DNA of 64,000 nt from Vicugna vicugna (Eukaryota), in assembly GCA_013265495.1 (NCBI GenBank), contig MU061814.1:6079684-6143683 (forward strand). Reading direction: 5' to 3'. Positions 37,611-48,760 of this stretch are shown here, piece after piece. The position numbers and the translations under genes were made by a program. The number at the start of each line of letters is the position of its first letter. Position 1 is the stretch's first letter. The notes beneath the pieces are model-generated. The model was not told the DNA's origin. It ran no database searches and saw nothing but the letters and a program-made list of their open reading frames with translations.

Positions 37611-40600
37611 TGGCGTCTGTGGCCACAGCCCGGCTCATGCACAGCTGGGCCATCTCACTAAGCCCTTCGCTCCAGGAACAGCCCTCCTTTCTCCCAGACA
37701 CTCAGCCTTCCCCTCTCTTTGGCTTCCTTCTCGTCTGCTTTGATTTTATATCTTGTCCCAAAACTACTGGACGTCTGAGCATGTCCATCCTCTCCTGCCA
37801 TCTCCTTCTCCTTGCTAACACCCCAGCCACTGCTCTTTGCTGAGAAATCAACCCAGAGGATTGGCACCACCAGGAAGCAGACCTGGAATGGACCCTCGAC
37901 ACTCCTGGACTCCCTGTGTTTCTCCCGGGCCACTGGGCCCTGCCGGCTCCCACGCCTGGCCCTCCCTGCCTTCTGGAGCCTTCCTCCAGCATTAACCCCG
38001 CCCCGCCTCCAGCCCTTCCTCCTCGAAGCAGTGACCACTCTGAAATGCAAGCCTGAGTCTGGAACTCTCTTGCCAAGAATCTTTCAGTGGCTCCTGAGCA
38101 GTGGCTTCTTTTCCTGCTCCTGATCCTCTCCCCAGGGTCCTGCCCTATTGCCCCAACTCTCGGCCTCACTCCTGCACCCCTCCCAGGCTCCAGCCACACT
38201 GGCCTCGTTCTTATTCGCCTGAGATGCCAAGTTTCCTTCAGCCCCTGCGCCTCTCCCAGGCCAGGCACCTCACGCCACAGTCTCACTCACGACCAATTGT
38301 GAGCCACCCCTCTGGTCTCAGCGCCTGACACCCCTCCCCCATCCCCACCCCCTGGGTGTTCACCCCCTGAGAAGCCTTCCTTTAGGTTAAACCCTTACAT
38401 GTGCCCAGCTAGCACCCTGGGGACCACACCACGCTCAGCCCTGTCCCCAGCCACTCAGCCTGCAGGCCCTCAAGGAATGGTTCCTGCCAGGAAGGGCCGG
38501 GGGGGAGCGGAATTCAGCTCATCACAGGCACAGAGAATGACTGAGGGAGAAAGAACCACCTTCATCCGGCCCTCCTGGTGTCCAAGACAGGACCCCAGAC
38601 CAGGCTCGGACAGCTGTCGTCAGCTGGGGTACGGGGAGCCTACCTGGGGTGCTGAGGGACCCGGGAGACTCCTGCCCTGTGCAGGTCCCTCAGGCATCAC
38701 CTGGGACTTTCCGGGGCTGTGCCACTGATTAAGACTTTGCTGGTGGGGCCGAGGCACTCGGGCATTTCCTGCCCAGCCTCACTCCCTGAGGCCCTAGCCC
38801 TGTGGCCCTGCTCCTTCCTCCCCCGCCTGGGGGCTTTCCACAGAGCCTGAGGCCCCGCTATTTTTAGCTGAAGGAGAGGGGCCAATTCTTGGCCCCACTG
38901 CTTCCCCTGAGGGAGCTGGGCAAAAGTGGGGTGGGGTTGGCCCCCACCCCCGCAGCCTGTTCGTTCTTCCCTGCCCCCAACCTCCCAAGCCAGGGTCCAC
39001 CTGGGCAGCCCAGGTGGCTGGTGCATGAGGATGTCCAGGGCCTGGGCTGGAGCCCTGGGGTGAGGTGGACGCAGGGCCTGGGTGGGCTACCGCCCACTTC
39101 CTGTGGCCTCACCCCTGCATCAAAGGCCGCTGCGGGCCTGTGGTCACTCCCAGCTCCCACGCAGCCGGAGGGGCGGGGCCGGCGCAGGAACCCCTGGCAG
39201 CTGAGTCCTGCTCCCGGCAGCTTCAAAGCAGCAGGGTGGGCAGCCCTGCGGTTAGTGCAGATCCCGGGGGCAGGGTGGGGGACAGGAAGGGGGGATAACG
39301 GGGCTCTCTCCTCTGCTTCTTTGCCCTGCCCACTCCATGGCCTTCCTGGGTGGGCTCAGGGCAAAGGCCCAGGCGCTTTCCTGGCCCTCAGATCCTGTCC
39401 TGGAGCGGGACTGCCTTGGTGGGGGGTGCCTTCGTGACTGCACCATGTGTGTGGGATCCAAGCGGGGTCACCCCACAGTGCAGCCCCCTAGAGAAGCCAC
39501 AGGAATCAAAGTGGGGGCACCCTGGGGCCCCGGAGGTCCCCGGCTGCGGTGAGGCCAGGCGGACAAGCTTCCCTTTCTTCCCTGCCTTCTCCCTCCCTGC
39601 TCGCCCCACTTTTCTGCCTGAAGTGGGGGCAGCGGGAAGGGGAGGGGACAGGGGAAGAAGGGCTTGCCTGTCTGGGCCCGCCCTGGAGCGGCCCCTGCCC
39701 CCACCCACCGCAGAGGTGGGCTGGCCAGGCTGCAGTGGGCTTGACCTCACGCCAGCTCCCTGAGGACCAAGGACTGGCAGGGAAGTGGGGTGGGGGCGCC
39801 AGAGCCTCCAAGCAGCCGCCCCAGAGCTCAGCAGACGTGAGAACAGACAGTGCCTGTGAGCAAGTTGGGGGAGGAAACTTCCAGGGTCCCCTGGGGTCAG
39901 CTCCAGGACAGTTGCCATTTTTAATCTGCGCAAGAGACTTAGAAGGAGCCGCGAGGGCTGTAACCTAGATCCACTCAGAGCCGGCCCCGGAGGTGAGGCC
40001 CCAGAACAGTCCCTGCCCCAAGCTGTGTGCCCCCAAGGGCAGAGGGACCCTGGCCGACTTTGCCCTGTCCTGCCAGAGACTGAGCTCACGGTGGCCCTCC
40101 CAGCCAAGGTCCAAGGTAGCCTTACAGGGTCTGCCTGCTCTGGGCTGGCTTGGCCCCACCCCCAGCCTCCAGGCCCTTACCTCCCTTCTCCTCCACTCTT
40201 GGGTGCGGGTAGGGGGGCCCCAATCTAGGGACCTGAAGGAGCCCCACTCATGAGCCTGCAGCCCTAGTGCCTGGGCTGAAGCGAGAGCTAGCTTCAGTCC
40301 ACCCATCAGGGCAGGTGGGAGACCCGTGCCCCAGGAAGACTGCCCTCCGTATCAGGCACGGGGTGTCCTGGAGGTGCTCTCTGGCTCTCTGGGTTCCCCA
40401 CCCGGTCCAGTCCTCCTAGACACTTTGTGCTGGCCCAGGCTGTCTCTCAGATCTGTGCCCTCCCCCCAACTCTGAGACCCCACCTCCACCCCCAACCCCC
40501 TAACTGCTTCTCCACTCTTGGGGTGCCTGCCTGGACCCAGGAGACTCAGGGTGCTGCCCAGGGGTGCAGTGGGGGATTCCCAGTAATGCCCACCCTGCTG

Positions 40601-43484
40601 GTGCTAGGATGGGGACTCCCATCATCCTCCCATTCTCCAAGGGCCACTATGTGGGCTGCTGCTTCACAGACACATCTCCCACCTTCCACAGGCCTCACCA
40701 CCCTGTTAAAAATGTGACCTGGGGGAACCAGGAAAGGTGACCTCTGTGCCCTGGTGTAATCAGAGCCCCAGAAGAGCAGAAGAGAGGCTATACCGGGAAA
40801 CGCGGCCACCTGCCACCATCGCTGGTTTTTGGGGTCGCATGTCGAAAATTTGTAGCATCCAGAGAGCCTAAGACCTGGCTCTTACCATCGCCCCATTCTT
40901 CCCCTTCCCAGGGCCGGGACTGGCCCTCCGAGGCCCAGAGGTCCAGGCCTTAGTTTCCATCCAGCCACCACAAAGCCGGCTGGCTGGCACCAGGGTCCCA
41001 CAGGTGAGGGGCCTCTAAGTGGCAAGGAGCGAAAAGCAGGACCGGATTGCTGACTGGCTCCTGGAGCCTGGCCTGGTCAGCAGGTCAGGATCAGTCAACA
41101 CTCATTAAACTTATCCCCACACAGACTGACAAATACTAAAACACCAAGCTGCCTCACGCAACTCACAGGCCAGCACAAGCTTTTGGAAAAGTAACCTGGC
41201 CACACCCAGGCACACTCTTAGGAAACTGATTTGCAGGGAAAGCACTGACCTGCAAGGGTCCTCGGACAAGTGTGCTTGTGGCAGCTAAGGCTGATGAGAA
41301 AGATCCAGAACCTGGGTATGCACCAGCTGAGGGGACACAGGGGCCATCCTAGTCAGGACAGCATGTTGTGCGTGTTCGTGGGCAAATACAGGAAGGTTGA
41401 CATTGGCATCTCTGGGCACCAGAGCGAGCTCGACAAGGACAGTCATCCTTCCCACACTGTCCTCCTGGCTGCACTGAGCCTATGTTACATTTTGAACAAC
41501 AGAAGGAAGCCCCGCTTCACATCAAACTCTGTGCTGGGTGCCGCGGTGGTAGAGGGGCTCCCAGGCTGGAGTGACACTGGGCCCCCAATGTGTAGTGACC
41601 CTTCTGAGTCGGGTATGGGGCCCCAGGGACCACCCAGGAGCAGGGCTGTGGCCCACACAACGCCAGGGGGCACTGCGCACACACTGGAGTCTGCATACAT
41701 GGTGCAGACTGTGTCCCCCCAGAGGCCTGAGCCCCAGCGAACTGGGCCCCCATTAGATTGGCCTGTAGGGCTCTCGACCCCGACCCAGGCTTTCCCGTGA
41801 TGGGGGCCTCGTGTGTGGGGAGGCTGAGACCGACACTGCAGGAAGGCAGGAAGGAGGCGGCCGGTAGGGCATCATGCCCCCACAGCCCCACCACCCTTGA
41901 GGGGGGCAGTTCTCTCTGATTCCAGATGTTCAGCAGCTGTCCCGGCCACTTCCGCCCCTTCTCTGACCCTGCATCCGCCAGGAAGCATCCCCTCCTGTCC
42001 TCGGGCTCCGAGCCACCCCCCACCTTCCCGGCACCCCATTTCCTGAGCAGAGGCGTTTCTGCAGACTCAGCTCCCCCTCCCGCGGGCCGCTTCAGCTTTC
42101 CCAAGGCCGGCCGGCCCGGACACCCTCTACCAGGGGCTGGGACCTGGCCCCTGCCCGACCCTCCAGCCTCTGGGACTGGTTTTCTCTCTCTCCCTCCCTT
42201 CCTTTTCTGAGGTTGGCAGCATAAATCAGGGCCTCCAGGGAAGCTGAGCAGAAGGGCCAGGAGGGAGCCTGCCTCAGTGGGGGAGGGTGGGAGCCCTGTG
42301 GGGTGAAGGCCAGAGGTCACAGAGCCCAGCAGGCTGGAGGGGGGCAGGGAATGCATGCTCAGTGTCTGCCTGTTGGACACTGGGAGTAGCCTCCTCTGTC
42401 TGAGAGCAGAGAACCAGGGACACAGCCCCACTTTCCCTGAGCAGACGTGGGGGCGGGCACAAGAGGTCACTGCTGTTGCAGCTGGTCCAGTCTGAGGGGT
42501 TCTTCTGGTGAGGGGACAGCACGAGGAGGGCTCCCTTCCTGCCACATGCCTTCCCATCTCAACAGAGCTGCTGGTTCTGGGACACCCGTGCTCCCGTGGG
42601 CTGGGGGCAGGACTAGGGGGTGGTCAGGGGCCGGCTAAACACAGGGTGAGGGCTCCAGGGGGCCAGCAGCTCCAGACTGCTGACCTCTGGCCCTCAGAAT
42701 CCGGTCTCTAGCTGCCCCACACCGGCCCCTGCTTCCTGCTGTCCGGGGGGAGCCAAGGCAGGTGGGCCTGGCTGCAGGAAAGCCTCTGCTTCCAAACATA
42801 AGCCTCAGAGCCAGCCGAGCTGGGAGACTGCCCCTAGGAGGATGCCACTCCTCCAAGCCCCATCTTTCCTCGGGGAATCAAAACAAAATGTGATGTGTCC
42901 AACATACTGTGTGGACAGTCCTGCAGGACACCCCACCATGTACCCCTGCATCTGCCTGGGTTTTGGCTGAGGACCAGCAGGGCCCTCTGCCCTGTTGCTG
43001 GGGGTCACTCCTGAGGACTCAGAAAATGAGCCTGGAGCCTCTGGGTCTGCACTCCCCTCCCCTGGCCAGGATAGACAGCACCTGAGTTTATGAAAAGGTT
43101 CCTAAGAGGGTAAAAGCCCCCACCCTCCCCTCCCTCAAGGCTTCCATCTCTACCCCAAACCTCAGGGCCAGGATGGACATTTCAGGACGACAAGGACCAC
43201 CAATCCCAGAGGGCAGCTCGGCCTATCCCTTGACCTCAGGTGTGGTACTTGTGGGCTCCCTTCCAGGGCAGTCCTCCCACTGCCCCTGCTGCCACCCAGG
43301 ACCCAGGGAAGAGGGCAAGTGGTTGCAAGACAGAAGGAACTGTAGGGGAACCCTTGCCCAGGTGGGCCAGTGGACCTTTGGTCCTCAGGACCTGAGCAAT
43401 GAGTGAAGCAGTCCAAGCTAGAGTAAGAGCTGGATAATCAGGAAAACTTGGAACTCAGCTGGCCTGGGGAAGGGGAGCTGGGAG

Positions 43485-43680
43485 TAGGGCTGCCAGACTT
43501 AGCAAAAAACAACCAACACATCTATGAACAGGATATCCAGTTGGGGTTGAATTTCAGATAAACAATATTTTAATATGAGGAAGACGTTTCATGCAATACT
43601 TAGGACATACTCATCCTTAAAAAGTATGAGTTGTTCATTTGAAATTCAAATTAAACTGGGTGTTCTGTATTTTACCAAAA
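43485..43680. mobile_element. MER53-like palindromic hAT MITE
   Basis: TAGGGCTGCCAGACTTAGCAAA terminus; inverted arms 43528-43565 and 43631-43668 (TTGAATTTCAGATAAACAA / TTGTTCATTTGAAATTCAA). Confidence 0.75.
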
Positions 43681-45062
43681 AACACGGGTAGGGGGATAGT
43701 CAACCTTCTCCACTCACTCTGCTAATTAACCCCTCCTGCCCCCAAGCCCTAAGGACAGCAGCAGTCCTCAGCTCTGCTTTCCAAGCCTGGCAGGGCTGAC
43801 TGGGACAGCAGTGGCCGTGACTCAGGTGCACAGGGCATGCCAGGCTCTGGAGCCCCCTACCCAGAGGGCTGGAGTCTCTGAGGCAGGCCTCTTGGGTTCT
43901 GAGGGCCTGGATGGCTTCTGTTGCGGGTCCAGGCAACAGCTGAATGAGCCCCTGGAACCTGGCTCTTCCCATGCTCCCCGCTAATAGACTCTAACCCTGC
44001 CCCCTCTGCTGGCAGGTGGACTGGCCCTCTCTGGTGCAGGAGAGAAAGGGGAACCCACCAGAGCCCTCCAGAAAAGAGGAAGGTACAGCTTGTGGGGTGG
44101 TTTGTAGGGGAGGAAGGCTCACCAGGGGCTGAAAATGAGGAACACTGGCTAGGCAGGACCCACCTGGGGAAGGCACCCATGGAAAGAGGATCTGGGACAG
44201 GCGGGGGTTTCCAGGCTGCACTCACCCCCTTCCTGGGAAGGATGGGGTGCAGGGGCAGGGGCCTAGGCAGTGGGCAAACACTGCCTTCCTGCTCCAGCAG
44301 CCCCACCAGCTAGCCTTGGCTGCTCCCCTGCACTGGGAAGGCTGGACAGGAAACTGCTACTCATAGTGGGTGCCATTCTCCCGGACCCCACCTGGTCTTT
44401 GCAGATGCTCACACAGCCTGATCCCCAGGGTGCTTCTTCCTGCCTCTGCTCCCTCTCCCGCAAGTGCAGGCACCTCAGGAGGTGGGACAGGGTCTCACAG
44501 CAAGCTGGTTCAGTGTGTGGGAAGCCATGCATTTTTCCAGCAAGATCCCAGCCACTGCCCCAGAAGAGGTTAGGGCTGTTCGACTTCTGGCCTGTCTGTC
44601 CACCTTCAGAGTGGGATGCTGCTCAGGTGTGGGTGGAGGTGGGCTTGGGTATGGGTGGGAGGCTGGTGTGGCAGGGCCCCCAAGAGGAGGCAGGCAGAAG
44701 GGTCTGGGGATGGTGTGGCGGCAGCGGAGTCCTAACGCTGTGTCCTGGGGGGCGGGGCATAACTTGAGGCCCACCACCCCCCGGGACCTTTTGTGCGCCC
44801 ATCATGGGGTGTCGGCCTCTCTCCCAGCAACAGTGACTCACAAAGCTGGCCAGCGCTAGGCAGATGCCGCCTCCCCTGGGTCCTGGAAGGCCCAGGTCAC
44901 AAAGGCCATTAGGGCCAAGCCCCCAGAAGGCACGTCCCAAGGCAGCCCTGTCCGCGCTCCCCTCTGCAGCTACCCGCAGGGCCGGGCCTAGGCCTCCCGC
45001 CGCGACCCTGGCCTGGCAACTGGGCGTTAGGGCTCGGTCCGTGCCTGGTGACCTCGAGGCCC

Positions 45063-46475
45063 ATGTGCGTGGTCTGCTTCGTGAAGGCGCTGGTGCACGT
45101 GTTCAAAATTTACCTGACCGCCAACTACACCTACAATTTCCGCAGCTGGCCGGTGGACTTCCGCTGGGATGACGTGCGCGCCGCCTCCAGGGGTAGCAGC
45201 GGGCACCGCGCGCTAACGTGCGCAGCGGCTGCGGCGGGTGTGTGGCTGCTGCGGGGCGCGGCGCTGGGGGGGGACGCGCCGGGGCGGCCACTGCGCGGAG
45301 CGCGCGGCCAGGCGCAGTGCCTCCTGCAGCAGATCCGCGAGCTGCCCGGCCAGCTCGCCAGCTATGCGCTGGCCCACTCGCTGGGTCGCTGGCTCGTGTA
45401 CCCCGGCNNNNNNNNNNNNNNNNNNNNNNNNNNNNNNNNNNNNNNNNNNNNNNNNNNNNNNNNNNNNNNNNNNNNNNNNNNNNNNNNNNNNNNNNNNNNN
45501 NNNNNNNNNNNNNNNNNNNNNNNNNNNNNNNNNNNNNNNNNNNNNNNNNNNNNNNNNNNNNNNNNNNNNNNNNNNNNNNNNNNNNNNNNNNNNNNNNNNN
45601 NNNNNNNNNNNNNNNNNNNGATGGGCTGCCTGTCGGCGCCGCTGGAGGCCGGTTACTCTGTGCTGGGCTGGAACCACCCCGGCTTCGGGGGCAGCACCGG
45701 CGCGCCGTTCCCTCAGCACGACGCCAACGCCATGGACGTGGTGGTCAAGTATGCGCTGCACCGCCTGCACTTCCCGCCTGCGCACGTGGTGGTCTACGGC
45801 TGGTCCATCGGCGGCTTCACGGCCACCTGGGCTACTATGACGTACCCAGAGCTGGGTGCGCTGGTGCTAGACGCCACCTTCGACGACCTCGTGCCGCTGG
45901 CGCTGAAGGTAATGCCCCAGAGCTGGAAGGGGCTGGTAGTGCGCACCGTGCGCGAGCACTTCAACCTCAACGTGGCCCAGCAGCTGTGCCGCTACCCTGG
46001 GCCTGTGCTGCTGCTCCGGCGCACACAGGACGACGTGGTCAGCACCTCGGGCCACCTGCGCCCCCTGCCGTCCGGCGACGTGGAGGGCAACCGCGGCAAC
46101 GAGCTGCTCCTGCGCCTGCTGCAGCACCGCTACCCCGCCGTGATGACGCGCGAGGGCCTCGCCGTGGTGACCCGCTGGCTGCGCACCGGCAGTCTGGCGC
46201 AGGAGGCCGCCTTCTACGCGCGCTACCGCGTGGACGACGAGTGGTGCCTGGAACTGCTGCGCTCCTACCGCGCGCGCTGCGAGGACTTGCGGGAGGACGA
46301 GGAGGCCTGGGGGCCGCACGGGCTTGTCTTCCCTTGGCTGGTGGGCCAGGGCCTTAGCCCGCGGCGGCGCAGGCAGCTCGCGCTGTTCCTGGCGCGCAAA
46401 CACCTCAAGAACGTGGAGGCAACTCACTGCAGTCCGCTGGAACCAGAGGACTTTCAGTTCCCCTGGAGACTGTAG
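45063..46475 (+). CDS. ABHD16B: ABHD16B, single-exon alpha/beta-hydrolase (ABHD16A/BAT5 paralogue), 470 aa
   Basis: MCVVCFVKALVHVFKIYLT...GWNHPGFGGSTG...YGWSIGG (GxSxG, Ser248)...RRTQDD...EATHCSPLEPEDFQFPWRL then TAG. The frame stays open across the 212-nt N gap; no introns are apparent. Confidence 0.97.
   Translation: MCVVCFVKALVHVFKIYLTANYTYNFRSWPVDFRWDDVRAASRGSSGHRALTCAAAAAGVWLLRGAALGGDAPGRPLRGARGQAQCLLQQIRELPGQLASYALAHSLGRWLVYPGXXXXXXXXXXXXXXXXXXXXXXXXXXXXXXXXXXXXXXXXXXXXXXXXXXXXXXXXXXXXXXXXXXXXXXXMGCLSAPLEAGYSVLGWNHPGFGGSTGAPFPQHDANAMDVVVKYALHRLHFPPAHVVVYGWSIGGFTATWATMTYPELGALVLDATFDDLVPLALKVMPQSWKGLVVRTVREHFNLNVAQQLCRYPGPVLLLRRTQDDVVSTSGHLRPLPSGDVEGNRGNELLLRLLQHRYPAVMTREGLAVVTRWLRTGSLAQEAAFYARYRVDDEWCLELLRSYRARCEDLREDEEAWGPHGLVFPWLVGQGLSPRRRRQLALFLARKHLKNVEATHCSPLEPEDFQFPWRL
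45408..45619. other. N gap, 212 nt, inside the ABHD16B CDS
   Basis: Run of N. Confidence 1.
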
Positions 46476-46514
46476 ATCGCGCCTTTGCGGGTCCGTTCCC
46501 CACACCCCCAAATT

Positions 46515-46520
46515 AGTAAA
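46515..46520 (+). terminator. Probable variant poly(A) signal AGTAAA of ABHD16B
   Basis: The only poly(A)-signal-like hexamer I saw shortly after the stop, 40 nt downstream; no nearby AATAAA. Confidence 0.4.
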
Positions 46521-47269
46521 TCTGGCCCTGCCTGGGGGAGGTTGGGGCAGCAGAGAGGGACCTGGTGCTCTCCCTTACTGGGGCATCCCCTTCTCGTCTT
46601 TCTCTTCCTCCCTCCCAGTCCATTCCCAGCTCCTAAAGGGTATGTAGAGATTAACCTGACCTAGTGTATGATGGTGGTTTGATCACCTCAAAAGGATGGC
46701 GGGAAGAGGGACGGTGGAACACCAGGAGGGGTCCTTCACCTGGCCTGGGTCGTGGCATGCTCTGGGAAAGATGAAGTGTTGAAGGGTCTGTGCAAGTCGC
46801 CCCTAGCTGTGAAGGGACATTAGCTTTGGAAGGCTATACAGGTCTTAGCAGCTGGACCTTCCCAGGAGTGTGATACTGCTGCTTCATAGGTTCTCCCCAC
46901 CTCCCTTCCGCCAATCCCAGCTTCTACAGGACTCAGAGTAAGTGGCACATCAATGTGGGACTACAGTCACACCCGCACTGACCACTCATTGCTTAGTTCC
47001 TGACTCAGGGATGCAATTCAGAATGAGAGACAAGCCCTTTTTATTACCCATGTACATGAACTGCAAGAAACAGGGACTGCTTGCTGGCTGTCCCCAACCC
47101 TGGGGAACAGGGGCTGGTCAGGGTGGGTTGAGCTGGAAACTCTGGAAAAACTGAAAGGCAAGTGGGGCAGACATAACTGACAGGCCCAGAGCAAGACCTG
47201 GCCTTGATGCACCTGGGCTACTGCGAGCATAGGTAGGTACCTAAGGTAATGTAAAGTACCAGGAAGACC

Positions 47270-47400
47270 TATGGGGAGAAGGTGAGCTTTGAGCTGAGAC
47301 AAGAAGAGGAGCTAGTCAGCTGACGAAGGGCTTTCAAACCTAGGGATAGGCACAAGCAGAGGGCTCGGCCGGAAGGAGGAGTGCTGTTCGGAATGGTCAG
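47270..47400 (-). mobile_element. L2 relic
   Basis: GGAGAAGGTGAGCTTTGAGCTGAGAC...AGCAGAGGGCTCGG resembles the L2 3' region in reverse. Confidence 0.45.
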
Positions 47401-47565
47401 ATCCTCAACGCTTTGAATACCATTAAAGAATGTGCTTGCAGAGACAATTAGTCAAAGGGGGGGAAGTCCTCGGACTTGTTATAGCGGGACCGGCATGTCT
47501 AATGGTTGCACACCTCTCCTTTGAGAAGTCTGGCAAACTTTCCTCCAGAGTCTGCCGCAGCTCGA

Positions 47566-47625
47566 CTAGCTGTGTGGTGGGCAAGTTACTCTGGCCTCAG
47601 TTTCCTCATCTGTAAAGTGGGGAGG
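47566..47625 (+). mobile_element. MIR core fragment
   Basis: CTAGCTGTGTGGTGGGCAAGTTAC...GCCTCAGTTTCCTCATCTGTAAAGTGGGG. Confidence 0.75.
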
Positions 47626-47639
47626 GTCCCGCTTGGCTC

Positions 47640-48760
47640 ACCGAGTTGCTGTGAAAAGGAAGTGAGAGAACGCGGGGGTGCGCGCGGCGCAGCGGCGCCT
47701 GCGGGGCAAGAGGAGAGCTCATGCTCGCTTTTTCCGCGCAACCGTCGTACAATCAACAACCCCCACAAAAAAGACGAACTCAAAAAAAAAAAAAGAAAAA
47801 GAAAAAGAAACTCCAAAGTCAGGGGGTCAGGCCTCGAAGGGATCTCAAACGTCCTGAGTCTGACCCGCCAAAATACCCTCGCAGGCAGCGGCAAAACCCC
47901 TCGAGACCTCCAAGAGGCTCAGCTCTGGCCTTCCATAGCGCCAAGGTGGACGGTCCTCCTACTTCCCACCTTTCCCGTGGTCCGTAGGACCGTTCTACCT
48001 GTGAGTCTCGCTGGTGGAGCTGGCCTTCCTTTCCGGCTTCGTCCGCAGCCTCGGCCAATCAAGTTGAAGCGGATGAACCCGGACTGCGCCAGACAACGCC
48101 CTCATTGGACACCGCTCGTTGGGGGGTGGGGCGAAGGCAGAGAGCGCCTCAAAGCGGAAGTGGGTCGTCGCGCCGCTGATTACGTAATGCCGCGGCGGCT
48201 GGAGGCGGTTCCGCTGGCTGGTGTGTACGCGGCGAGCGATACCTGGTGCGGCCCGCTCGGCTCCCACAGCGCCCGCTACCCCGGCCTCGACGCCAGCTAC
48301 GGCCTGGCCGCCGCCTGAACATGGACTCCGCCGGCCAAGGTACCCGCGGGCCCGGCGCCTCTGCCGCGGATTGGCCGGGCGTCGCGCGGCGGGCGCCGGA
48401 CCGTCCAACTGCGCCTACCCACCCCGCGGCCTCTCTCCAGCTCCCAGGCTCCCGGCGTCGAAGCTACAGGCGGGTTTTCCGCCCCCGGCTGGGACCGCTG
48501 CGAGCTCTCGCTCCCCGGCGCCCTTCCCTCGCCTAGAATTCAGGTTTTCCTCACTCCGGGCAGTTCTTACTATGCCCCCGCCCGGCGCTTGCGTGGCCGG
48601 CCGCCCCTGCGCAAGGCCCCCGGGGATACTCCTTCTGGCCCTGGACCCGGGCTGAGGTGCTGTGCGCGGCTCCCAGGGAGGGGAGGGGAAGTGCAGCCGT
48701 CCTTGCGTACGGCGCAGCGCCCCTTGGGTGGCAGCGCTGCTCTGAGCCCAGCCTACTTTG
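47640..48760. promoter_or_regulatory. CpG island / TPD52L2 promoter
   Basis: CpG-rich; CCAAT at 48055-48059, ATTGG at 48104-48108, GC box ~48123-48132, ETS CGGAAGTG at 48155-48162, ATTACGTAAT at 48179-48188. Confidence 0.88.
48321..48339 (+). CDS. TPD52L2: TPD52L2 exon 1 coding part (MDSAGQ + G), 19 nt
   Basis: aacATGGACTCCGCCGGCCAAG|gtaccc; matches the TPD54 N-terminus. Confidence 0.93.

Larger units (their letters stand above)
44930..46500. promoter_or_regulatory. CpG island covering the ABHD16B start and body
   Basis: High CpG density from ~130 nt upstream of the ATG to the stop codon. Confidence 0.75.

Noticed and set aside
38703-40581. Canonical NF-kB sites GGGACTTTCC (38703) and GGGGATTCCC (40572)
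   Set aside because: About a dozen or more GGGRNWYYCC matches are expected by chance in 64 kb of this composition, and these are isolated.
41270-41800. 176-aa intergenic ORF between ZBTB46 and ABHD16B
   Set aside because: No family that I recognise in the frames I translated, no convincing splice or promoter signals; a BLAST search would be needed to reopen it.
45218-46511. Alternative-frame and antisense ORFs overlapping ABHD16B
   Set aside because: Shadow ORFs caused by GC-rich third codon positions of the real gene.
47506-48318. 270-aa ORF upstream of TPD52L2
   Set aside because: Runs through a MIR fragment, a poly(A) tract and the CpG island; only its last 43 codons are noted as a possible uORF.
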